DNA of 64,000 nt from Chryseobacterium gleum (GTDB lineage: Bacteria > Bacteroidota > Bacteroidia > Flavobacteriales_F > PHOS-HE28): NCBI GenBank assembly GCA_945872795.1, contig CAMCAZ010000010.1, positions 2,135-66,134 on the forward strand, read 5' to 3'. This document shows, in pieces, positions 41,211-48,732 of this stretch (the first letter of the stretch is position 1; each line of letters starts with the position of its first letter). Both the position numbers and the translations under genes were made by a program. The notes under the pieces are model-generated. The model worked only from the letters and a program-made list of their open reading frames with translations, was not told where the DNA came from and did no database searches.

Positions 41211-42094
41211 GCCGCCACGGTGTTGGGGGTGTCCAGGATGCGGCTGAAGAAGACGTCCTCCAGCCCGGGCTCGGCCGCAGTGAAGCCGTCGCCCGGGGGC
41301 GTGTCGCTGAGGATGTGGATGGAGGGCCGCCCACTGATGAGCTTGTTGCTGATCACATGGTATCGGGCATGGTGATCCTCCAGCTCGGCCTTGGCGATGC
41401 TCTTCTCCCAGATGCGGCCCTTCACCTCGCGCAGCGCATCGTTCGGCGATCCGGCGAACAGCAGGCGTCCCTTGTTGATGATGGCCATGTTGCGGCAGAG
41501 TTCCTGCACGTCCTGTACGATGTGGGTGCTGAGGATCACCACCACGTTCTCGCCGATCTCCGTGAGCAGGTTGTAGAAGCGGTTTCGCTCGCCGGGGTCG
41601 AGGCCGGCAGTGGGTTCGTCAACGATGATGAGCTTGGGTTCGCCGATCAGCGATTGGGCGATGCCGAAGCGCTGCTTCATGCCTCCACTGAATCCGGCAA
41701 TGCGGCGCTTGCGGTGCTCCCACAGGTTCACCTTCTGCAGCAGCGCCTCCACCAGGTCCTTCCGCTGGCCGTTGTTGATCACCCCCTTCAACAGGGCGAT
41801 GTGGTCGAGCATCTGGTAGGCGCTCACCCGCGGGTACACCCCGAACTCCTGTGGCAGGTAGCCGAGCACCTTCCGCACCTCGTCCTTCTGGCGCAGCACA
41901 TCGATGTTCCCGAGCATCACCGTGCCGGCATCGGCCTCCTGCAGCGTGGCCAGGATCCGCATGAGCGAGCTCTTGCCCGCACCGTTGGGACCCAGCAGGC
42001 CGAACATGCCGGTGGGGATGGTGAGGGTGACGTTGTCCAGCGCCTTCACGCCATTGGCGTAGGTCTTGCTGAGGCCGTTGATGACAAGTTCCAT
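41207..42094 (-). CDS. ABC transporter ATP-binding protein
   Basis: Walker A GPNGAGKSS, Q-loop, signature LSGGMKQR, Walker B IIVDEPTAGLD, H-loop. Confidence 0.9.
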   Translation of the reverse strand: MELVINGLSKTYANGVKALDNVTLTIPTGMFGLLGPNGAGKSSLMRILATLQEADAGTVMLGNIDVLRQKDEVRKVLGYLPQEFGVYPRVSAYQMLDHIALLKGVINNGQRKDLVEALLQKVNLWEHRKRRIAGFSGGMKQRFGIAQSLIGEPKLIIVDEPTAGLDPGERNRFYNLLTEIGENVVVILSTHIVQDVQELCRNMAIINKGRLLFAGSPNDALREVKGRIWEKSIAKAELEDHHARYHVISNKLISGRPSIHILSDTPPGDGFTAAEPGLEDVFFSRILDTPNTVAA

Positions 42095-42248
42095 GTGGGG
42101 TGTCGGAAATTATGCTCGCAAGATGCACAGGGAAGTGCCAACCTGATGCTCGAATACATGAGCGGTCGGGAGGGTCGGACGGGCGGTGGTCGGACAGGTA
42201 GCCTGCCTGTCCGCAGACAAACCGCCGACGCGGGAAACGCGGGGTATA

Positions 42249-43161
42249 TCACTCCTCCCCGAAGAAGTCGCTGTCGATGCGCTTCACAGCGTAGGTGCGC
42301 TGGGTGGTGACGCCGAGATCGTGGTCGATCATCAGTTGGGTGAGCTCCTCACCGTCGAGAAGGACGATCTTGGTCTCGTTGCGGGGTATGTACTCGCGGG
42401 CTTCTTTGCTGAACGAAGAGGTGGTGATGAAGATGCCCTTCTTTGCGCCCTGCCCGGCCAATGCTCCTACGAACTTCTGGATCTCTGGACGGCCCACGGT
42501 GTTGCCGGTATTCCACTTCTTGGCTTGGATGTAGATGATGTCCAGCCCCAGTTTGTCCTCTTTGATGGTGCCGTCGATGCCTTCGTCGCCACCCTTGGTA
42601 AGCGCACGACCTGCGTCCTTCACGGAACCGCCGTATCCCATGCGTACGAGCAGCTGCACCACGAGGCGTTCGAAGTCCATCCAGGTGAGGGATCGGACTT
42701 TTGCGAGGAGTTCTTGGCCGATGGTTTCCCGGATCTGTTCGTATGCACCATCCAGTAATTCTTCCGGTGTGCGCGAGTTGTCCGCGTCGGCGGTCTGGGC
42801 TGAAGGAGTATTATCCCGCTTCATGGTCTGGAACTCCACGAATTCCGGGAAGCGTCTGAGGTAGCCTACGTCGATGCGTTCCGGTTTTTGCTTCAGTATC
42901 TCCAAGCCACGAGGCGTTATCTGCATCATCGCGCGTTTGGGTGAAGCGACCAGACCGGCCTTCTTGAGATACGTACGTGCCCATCCTACGCGGTTGTCGA
43001 ACGCGGCCTGCATACCGCTCTAGCATCTCACGTCGCTCCTCCTCGGTCAGTTTGAACTGTGTGGCCAAGCCCTCCACAACATCACGAAGTGCATGCACCC
43101 TGTTGTCGGATAGATAGCTCAACAAGGGCAACATGATGCTTTGATAATCGGGAACGGCCAT
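42249..43161 (-). pseudogene. mrr: Mrr-family type IV restriction endonuclease, interrupted by a frameshift near 43010
   Basis: Mrr N-terminal winged helix (MAVPDYQSIMLPLLSYLSD…) in one frame (43161-~43010) and Mrr catalytic domain (…NRVGWARTYLKKAGL…GIDG…IYIQAKKW) in another frame (42249-43013). Confidence 0.7.
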
Positions 43162-43407
43162 GATGTGATCGGTTCAGTTGAGAGGGTAAGATCGTTGATC
43201 CATCCGGTTGTTGTGCGTGAGGGATGGTAGCGGCAGCTTGCCGCCGGACCGGCCCAGCAGCGTAAGGAGCGAGGAGGCCCGACGATAGGAGGGACCCCGC
43301 AGCCCGATGCGATGCGGGCCGGGCCAAGGCAACTACAGCGGACAGCCCGACCCCGCGCGCTGGCCGGTGGGAGGAAGGGGGGCACGCCCGAAGGCCAATC
43401 AGACTAT

Positions 43408-43559
43408 GAGAAGATCAGACGATCAGATGATCGCCCGCGCGCATGCCCACCCCAATGCCGATCAAATGGTCACAAGATCCTGGCTGTGGTTCTTCGCTGG
43501 TATGGTCGGCGGCAGGCATTTCCATTTTCTGATCTTCTCATTTTCTGATCGTCTGATCC
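43408..43559. repeat. MITE-like structure: inverted copies of the GATCAGACGATCAGA / TCTGATCGTCTGATC motif flanking ~110 bp
   Basis: 43408-43432 GAGAAGATCAGACGATCAGATGATC and 43523-43559 CATTTTCTGATCTTCTCATTTTCTGATCGTCTGATCC, same motif family as 32208-32247 and 46752-46795. Confidence 0.6.
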
Positions 43560-43564
43560 CCTAT

Positions 43565-43615
43565 GTTCTCCTATTCGCCAACAATACCGGCGCCTGTCCA
43601 TCGAAGGGGCGTTAT
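43565..43615 (-). repeat. orphan copy of the dinB 3' terminus (encodes PFDGQAPVLLANRRT-stop on the minus strand)
   Basis: ~80% identical over ~70 bp to 45391-45460; within the 16 shared codons all 7 nucleotide differences are synonymous. Confidence 0.75.
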
Positions 43616-43740
43616 CACGGCCGCAATGCCGAGCAATAGTTTCGGTTCCGTATTATTGCCATACGAACCAGTGCGGAGGTGCTGTGGCATTAGTCGGGAG
43701 CGCATGGCAGGATTCAGAGCGGTTCGAGAAGCTCTTCGTC

Positions 43741-45381
43741 ATGAAAACCCTTTACACCCTTTTGGCGACCTCGGTGATCCTGAGCACGGATCTCGTGGCA
43801 CAGACGTTCTCGAACACCACAGCAGCTGCCTGCAACACGTGGGATTCGGGGAATGCCTACACGGGTTTTCAACGGACCATCGCAGTGGCCGCCTTGCCTA
43901 CGCCGTTGGGCGCTTCGGGAACGGTCTTGCGCCAAGTGAACCTGCAACTGGGCACTGCGGCGTGCAAAGGCAACCTGTCCACGTACTACGCACGCATCGT
44001 ATCACCTACGGGTACTGTCATCCAGTTGTTCGGGCCGTTCACCACGACGAGCACGAGCCAATGGATGAACATCAAGTTCCGAGATGACATCGCCTTGGAA
44101 CGTGTCCGCGACTACAGCACGACCACGCAACAGGGCTACCACCCGTGGAACGTAGGCTACTGCCGCACGGATGCGGTCAATGCGTTCACCACGGTGAACG
44201 GGGAAGACCCGAACGGCAACTGGACCTTCCAATTGGCTGAGAACACGACATCCGAGGTCTCGTTCCAACGTGTTGAACTCGTCTTCGGGCCACCCATCGT
44301 CGTGACCGATGTGACCGGTGGCTCAGGAAACGATTTCTGCAGCGGGGCCACCTGTATCGATGGATTGTCCGTGATCCGCGGAACGAACCTCGCTTATCCG
44401 CCACTTGATCCCTTTTACCCGGGCGATGTGGTGGGTGGCTGTGGTTGGAACGGTGCGAACAACAATAACGGATGGTACCGCTTCGTCGCATCCGGAACCA
44501 CAGCGAACATCACTGTGAGCGGCATGGTGAACACCACCGGTACAGGCACGGCGGACATGCAACTGGTCGTGGTCCAGCAGACCAACCCCATCTGCTCCGG
44601 TCCTCCGACCCTAGTGCCGACGGGAGGCTGTCCGGACCCCCCCGGTGTGAACAATACATCTTATGCCGCGCCGAACGGTGGTGTTGGTACAATGGCCAAT
44701 GTTTACTTGAACGGGATCACTGCGAATTGCGAGTTCAACCTCTCGGGGCTTACGGCCGGGAACAGCTATTACCTGATCATCGATGGGAACGGTGGTTTGT
44801 CATCCACCTTCTACATCGAGATGCCGAGTGGCGGGATCGACTGCAACATCCTGCTGCCGGTCACGTGGACGGCTTTCAACGTGGAATGCGAGATGGGCAA
44901 CCGGCGGATCTCCTGGACGGTGGCTACCCAGCAGGACAATGATCATTTCGAAGTGGAACGCAGTCTGGACGGCTCCTCTTGGAATGTGTTCGCTACTGTT
45001 CCCGGGGAAGGGACCACGCAAACGACCATGTCCTATGAAGTGCTGGACGACAACAGCGATATGCTCTTCGAACAGCCACTGATCTATTACCGGGTGAAAC
45101 AAGTGGACGTGAACGGGAACTTCAGCTTCACGCCGGTCGAGGCGAGCAGTTGTTCTGTGCTGCTGTACCCCAATCCGGCAAGCGATCACATCATCGTGGC
45201 TGTGCCCTTTGCCGGTGTCGATGTGCAGCTAGTGGATGCCATCGGACGGGTGGTGGAGATGCGCAAGACGCAAGGCACTACCATTCGGATGGACATCGGC
45301 CATCTGGCCTCCGGTTATTATGCGTTGCAGCTCCTCAGTTCTGGTGACCTGCTTGGCTCGGCCGTGGTGGTCAAGTTCTGA
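43741..45381 (+). CDS. secreted protein with proprotein-convertase P-domain-like module and T9SS type-A C-terminal sorting domain
   Basis: Signal peptide MKTLYTLLATSVILS; P-domain-like GEDPNGNWTFQLAENT; C-terminal LLYPNPASDHIIVAVP… CTD. Confidence 0.65.
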   Translation: MKTLYTLLATSVILSTDLVAQTFSNTTAAACNTWDSGNAYTGFQRTIAVAALPTPLGASGTVLRQVNLQLGTAACKGNLSTYYARIVSPTGTVIQLFGPFTTTSTSQWMNIKFRDDIALERVRDYSTTTQQGYHPWNVGYCRTDAVNAFTTVNGEDPNGNWTFQLAENTTSEVSFQRVELVFGPPIVVTDVTGGSGNDFCSGATCIDGLSVIRGTNLAYPPLDPFYPGDVVGGCGWNGANNNNGWYRFVASGTTANITVSGMVNTTGTGTADMQLVVVQQTNPICSGPPTLVPTGGCPDPPGVNNTSYAAPNGGVGTMANVYLNGITANCEFNLSGLTAGNSYYLIIDGNGGLSSTFYIEMPSGGIDCNILLPVTWTAFNVECEMGNRRISWTVATQQDNDHFEVERSLDGSSWNVFATVPGEGTTQTTMSYEVLDDNSDMLFEQPLIYYRVKQVDVNGNFSFTPVEASSCSVLLYPNPASDHIIVAVPFAGVDVQLVDAIGRVVEMRKTQGTTIRMDIGHLASGYYALQLLSSGDLLGSAVVVKF

Positions 45382-45390
45382 ACGGTCAGG

Positions 45391-46638
45391 CTACGTCCTC
45401 CTATTCGCCAACAACACCGGTGCCTGCCCATCAAAAGGGTTGTCCATCCGCCCGATGCTCTTCGCATCCATGCCGGCCGCGCGCATCACGGTGCGGTCGC
45501 CGAAGCGCTTGCGGATCTTGTCCATGGCCTGGTACAGGTCCATGGCCTCCTGCGTGTCGGTGAAGGCATCCATCTGGTGGCCGCCACCCACCAGGTGACT
45601 GAAGCGCACGCCGATCAAGCGGATCCGTTGGCGACGGTCGTACAGCGCGCGGAAGAGGTCGTGTACTGCGGGTAGGATGATGTGGTCGCAGGCCGTGTAG
45701 CCCACGCGCGCTTGTTTGGTGTGCGTGTTGAAATCGGCGTAGCGGATCTTCACCGCGATGCAGCTGGTGAGCTTGTCGCCCTTGCGCAATTGGAAGGCGA
45801 GGCTTTCGGCCATGGCGGTGAGCAGGCCTTTCAGTTTCACCACATCGATGGTATCGCGCTCGAAGGTGCGCTCCGTGCTGATGCTCTTGCGCTCGTGCCA
45901 GGCGATCACCGGACTATCATCGATGCCGTTGGCCTTGCGCCACAGCACAGGCCCGTGCTCGCCCAACAACCGGTGCATCAGGTCCACCTGCAGCTCTTGT
46001 AGCGTGTGGATCTTCGCCACGCCCATGCTGCGCAACAGGTGCGCGGTCTTCTCGCCCACGCCGGGGATGCGTTCTATGGGCATGGGCGCCAGGAAGGGTT
46101 TCTCCGTGCCGCGCTCCACGTACCATTCGCCCGCGCCGTTCTTCGCCTCGCCGGTGGCCACCTTGCTCACCGTCTTGTTGATGCTCAGCCCGAACGAATT
46201 CGGCAGCCCGCTATCCTTGATGATCTTCTGCCGCAGCTCCACCGCCAGCTTCCTGCTGCCGTGGAATTTGTCGGTGCCGCTCAGGTCCACGTAGAATTCG
46301 TCCACGCTGCTCTTCTCGAACAGCGGCACGTTCGCGCGGATGATCTCCGTCACCTCATCGCTCTTCTTCAGGTACGCTCCGCTGTCGCCGCGCAGGATGA
46401 TCGCCTCCGGGCACAACTGCTTGGCCATCTTCATCGGCATCGCGCTGCGCACCCCGAAGGCCCGCGCCTCGTAGCTGCAACTGGCCACCACGCCGCGGTC
46501 GCTGTCGCTCCCGATCAGCACGGGTCTCCCGTTCAGCTTCGGGTTCTCCAGCCGTTCCACGCTCACGAAGAAGGTATTGAGGTCCAGGTGGAGGATGGTT
46601 CGTTCGCCGTTGATCATTCTACATTCTTCATTCATCAT
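45391..46638 (-). CDS. dinB: Y-family DNA polymerase IV
   Basis: Catalytic LDLNTFFVSVE and SVDEFYVD motifs; little-finger domain; 415 aa. Confidence 0.85.
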   Translation of the reverse strand: MMNEECRMINGERTILHLDLNTFFVSVERLENPKLNGRPVLIGSDSDRGVVASCSYEARAFGVRSAMPMKMAKQLCPEAIILRGDSGAYLKKSDEVTEIIRANVPLFEKSSVDEFYVDLSGTDKFHGSRKLAVELRQKIIKDSGLPNSFGLSINKTVSKVATGEAKNGAGEWYVERGTEKPFLAPMPIERIPGVGEKTAHLLRSMGVAKIHTLQELQVDLMHRLLGEHGPVLWRKANGIDDSPVIAWHERKSISTERTFERDTIDVVKLKGLLTAMAESLAFQLRKGDKLTSCIAVKIRYADFNTHTKQARVGYTACDHIILPAVHDLFRALYDRRQRIRLIGVRFSHLVGGGHQMDAFTDTQEAMDLYQAMDKIRKRFGDRTVMRAAGMDAKSIGRMDNPFDGQAPVLLANRRT

Positions 46639-46673
46639 TTTTCATTCCCCCTGCTGCCATCACCACGCTGTTA

Positions 46674-46795
46674 GGTCGACCCAGTGGGCCCGAGGCCTCG
46701 GGCGACACTACGGGTGCTTCGACCCAGATACCTGCATACCATCGTCCACAGGCATTCCCATTATCTGATCGTCTGATCATCTCATTATCTGATCC
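46674..46795. repeat. interspersed repeat copy B (122 bp), 36 bp upstream of the dinB start
   Basis: GGTCGACCCAGTGGG, an added GCCCGAGGCCTCGGGC palindrome, ACGGGTGCTTCGACC, CCCATTATCTGATCGTCTGATCATCTCATTATCTGATCC. Confidence 0.8.
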
Positions 46796-46976
46796 GTAGT
46801 TGGCCGCCTTAACGGGCTGTTCGCTGTAGTCCCGCACGGCCATGCCAGCGGTGGCGGCACTGCGGGGTTCCGCCGTACGGCGGACCTCCTCGTTGCACGC
46901 CCCCACAAGGCCCGGCCGTGCGGGAGCTGCCGCTCCCATCCCTGGCGGAAGATCCCGTCCCACCAACAGTTTCGTG

Positions 46977-47026
46977 TTGACAAAATATCTGTCATGTTGC
47001 AGTCGGTAAATTAGTCATTAGATTTG
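46977..47026 (+). promoter_or_regulatory. candidate operator palindrome TGACA-N7-TGTCA overlapping a Bacteroidetes-type promoter (-7 box TAGATTTG at 47019-47026) for the ORF6N/lexA-like operon
   Basis: Palindrome TTGACAAAATATCTGTCATG at 46977-46996; TAnnTTTG motif ~25 bp before the ORF6N start. Confidence 0.4.
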
Positions 47027-47050
47027 TCCGTCGGATAACTGGTCAACAGA

Positions 47051-47790
47051 ATGATGGGAACCCTGGCAATCAACCTTCGTCCTGCCGAAGCCTCTGGCGT
47101 AGGAGGACTCACCCGCAAGTCCCCGCACACGGACCTGCTGCCCTTGGAGTACCTCGTGGCCGCGGAACCTGCGCCTACCTACACGCCCGTGGCCCCGCCC
47201 GATGCCGCCATCACCGGCCGCATACACATCATCCGTGGGCAAAAGATCATGTTGGATCGCGACCTTGCTGAACTCTACGGCGTGGAGACCAAACACCTCA
47301 AGCGCCAAGTGAGAAGGAACCTGGGTCGCTTTCCGGAGGACTTCATGTTCGAACTTACCGCAGCGGAATGGGCCACTTTGAGGTACCAATTTGGCACTTC
47401 AAAGGACGAAATGCTCTCAGAACGAGGCGGTTCCAGGGTGCTCCCCATGGCCTTCACCGAGCAAGGCGTGGCCATGCTATCCAGCGTCTTGAACAGCGAG
47501 CAGGCCATCCTGGTCAACATCCATATCATTCGTGTCTTCTCACGTACCTGCCTGCCGGCAGGCAGGTGCGCGAAGTGCTCCTTTCGCACCGAGAGATCCT
47601 CCAGAAACTGGAACAACTCGAGGGTCGCCTCACCGGCCACGACGAGGAGGTCCAGGCCATTTTCGATCACCTCACGGAACTGGTCTCCCCAGCGGAGCAA
47701 GCGCGTAAGCCTATCGGCTTCAAACCGGAAGCTTCATCACCTTCTACTTGTCCGCCAGCTCCCAACTCCGGCAACTGTTCACCCGCATAA
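47051..47790 (+). pseudogene. ORF6N/KilA-N-domain protein, frameshifted at a 22-bp palindrome
   Basis: ORF6N domain ([21 protein letters not shown]…FPEDFMF…[25 protein letters not shown]) in frame 1; conserved C-terminal coiled-coil ([21 protein letters not shown]…PIGFKPE) continues in another frame from ~47560. Confidence 0.65.
47546..47567. repeat. perfect 22-bp palindrome ACCTGCCTGCCGGCAGGCAGGT at the ORF6N frameshift point
   Basis: Seen directly in sequence; homology switches reading frame across it. Confidence 0.8.
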
Positions 47791-47847
47791 GACGGTCCTT
47801 CAACCGTCATAGGACATTCCCTTCAACCGTCATAAGACACCCTTCAC
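47781..47847 (+). promoter_or_regulatory. tandem direct repeats (CCTTCAACCGTCATAGGACATTC / CCTTCAACCGTCATAAGACACCC, plus a third CATAAGAC half-site) immediately upstream of the lexA-like start
   Basis: Seen directly in sequence; two ~23-bp units and three CATARGAC cores within 65 bp. Confidence 0.5.
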
Positions 47848-48675
47848 ATGGCAAATCCCGTCTTCGGCTCCAACATCAAGCTCCTGCGCACCCGCCGTGG
47901 CCGCTCGCAAGAAGAGACCGCCATCGCCCTCGAGGTGAAACGTTCCAGCTACAGCGGCTACGAGAACGGTACGGCAGAACCCTCGTTCGAGCTGCTCGTA
48001 CGCATGAGCGAGTACTTCAAGGTGAGCATCGACAAACTGCTGCGCGATGATCTGGGCGCCCTCAGCGACAGCCAGATGGGCGTGCTGGAGCGCGGTGGTG
48101 ACATCGACCTCAGCGGTAGGCGCCTGCGGGTGCTGGCCACCACGGTCGATCGCGAGGACCGCGAGAACGTGGAACTGGTGCCCGAGAAGGCCAAGGCCGG
48201 CTACGCGCTGGGCTACGCCGATCCGGAGTACATCAGCATCCTGCCCACCTTCCAGATGCCCTTCCTGGCGCGTGACCGCAAGTACCGGACCTTCCAGATC
48301 AGCGGCGACAGCATGCCCCCCGTGGCGGACGGTTCCTGGGTCACCGGCGAGTATGTGCAGAACTGGCAGACCGTCCGCGATGGCCAGCCGTACATCGTGG
48401 TCACCAAGGATGATGGCATCGTCTTCAAGGTGGCCTACAACCAACTGAAGGAAAAGGGCACCCTACTGCTGTGCAGCACCAACCCGCTCTACGCGCCCTA
48501 CGAGGTGCAGGTCACCAATGTGCTGGAGATCTGGAAGTTCGTGCACTTCATCAGTGCCGAGCTGCCCGAGCCCAACATGAGCCGGGATGAGCTCGCCCGA
48601 AGCGTGGTGGAGCTTCGAAAGGAGGTGGGGCAGTTGCGCCTGGCCATGGAGCAGCAAGGGAGGCTGTCGTTCTGA
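47848..48675 (+). CDS. LexA-like repressor: XRE-family HTH fused to S24 peptidase (autocleaving) domain
   Basis: N-terminal HTH (IKLLRTRRGRSQEETAIALEV…), C-terminal S24 domain with catalytic Ser (FQISGDSMPP) and Lys region (GQPYIVVTKDDGIVFK). Confidence 0.8.
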   Translation: MANPVFGSNIKLLRTRRGRSQEETAIALEVKRSSYSGYENGTAEPSFELLVRMSEYFKVSIDKLLRDDLGALSDSQMGVLERGGDIDLSGRRLRVLATTVDREDRENVELVPEKAKAGYALGYADPEYISILPTFQMPFLARDRKYRTFQISGDSMPPVADGSWVTGEYVQNWQTVRDGQPYIVVTKDDGIVFKVAYNQLKEKGTLLLCSTNPLYAPYEVQVTNVLEIWKFVHFISAELPEPNMSRDELARSVVELRKEVGQLRLAMEQQGRLSF

Positions 48676-48732
48676 ACCCGGCAGGGGGCTGGGTTATCTT
48701 GTGTCCCCATCCGTCAGTATCCGATCGATCGT

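Noticed and set aside
42192-42215. Hairpin CGGACAGG-TAGCCTG-CCTGTCCG downstream of mrr, noted for its resemblance to the CCTGCCTGCC palindrome in ORF6N
   Set aside because: Similarity is limited to a GC-rich hexamer. It is more simply an mrr terminator or ABC-operon promoter-region hairpin.
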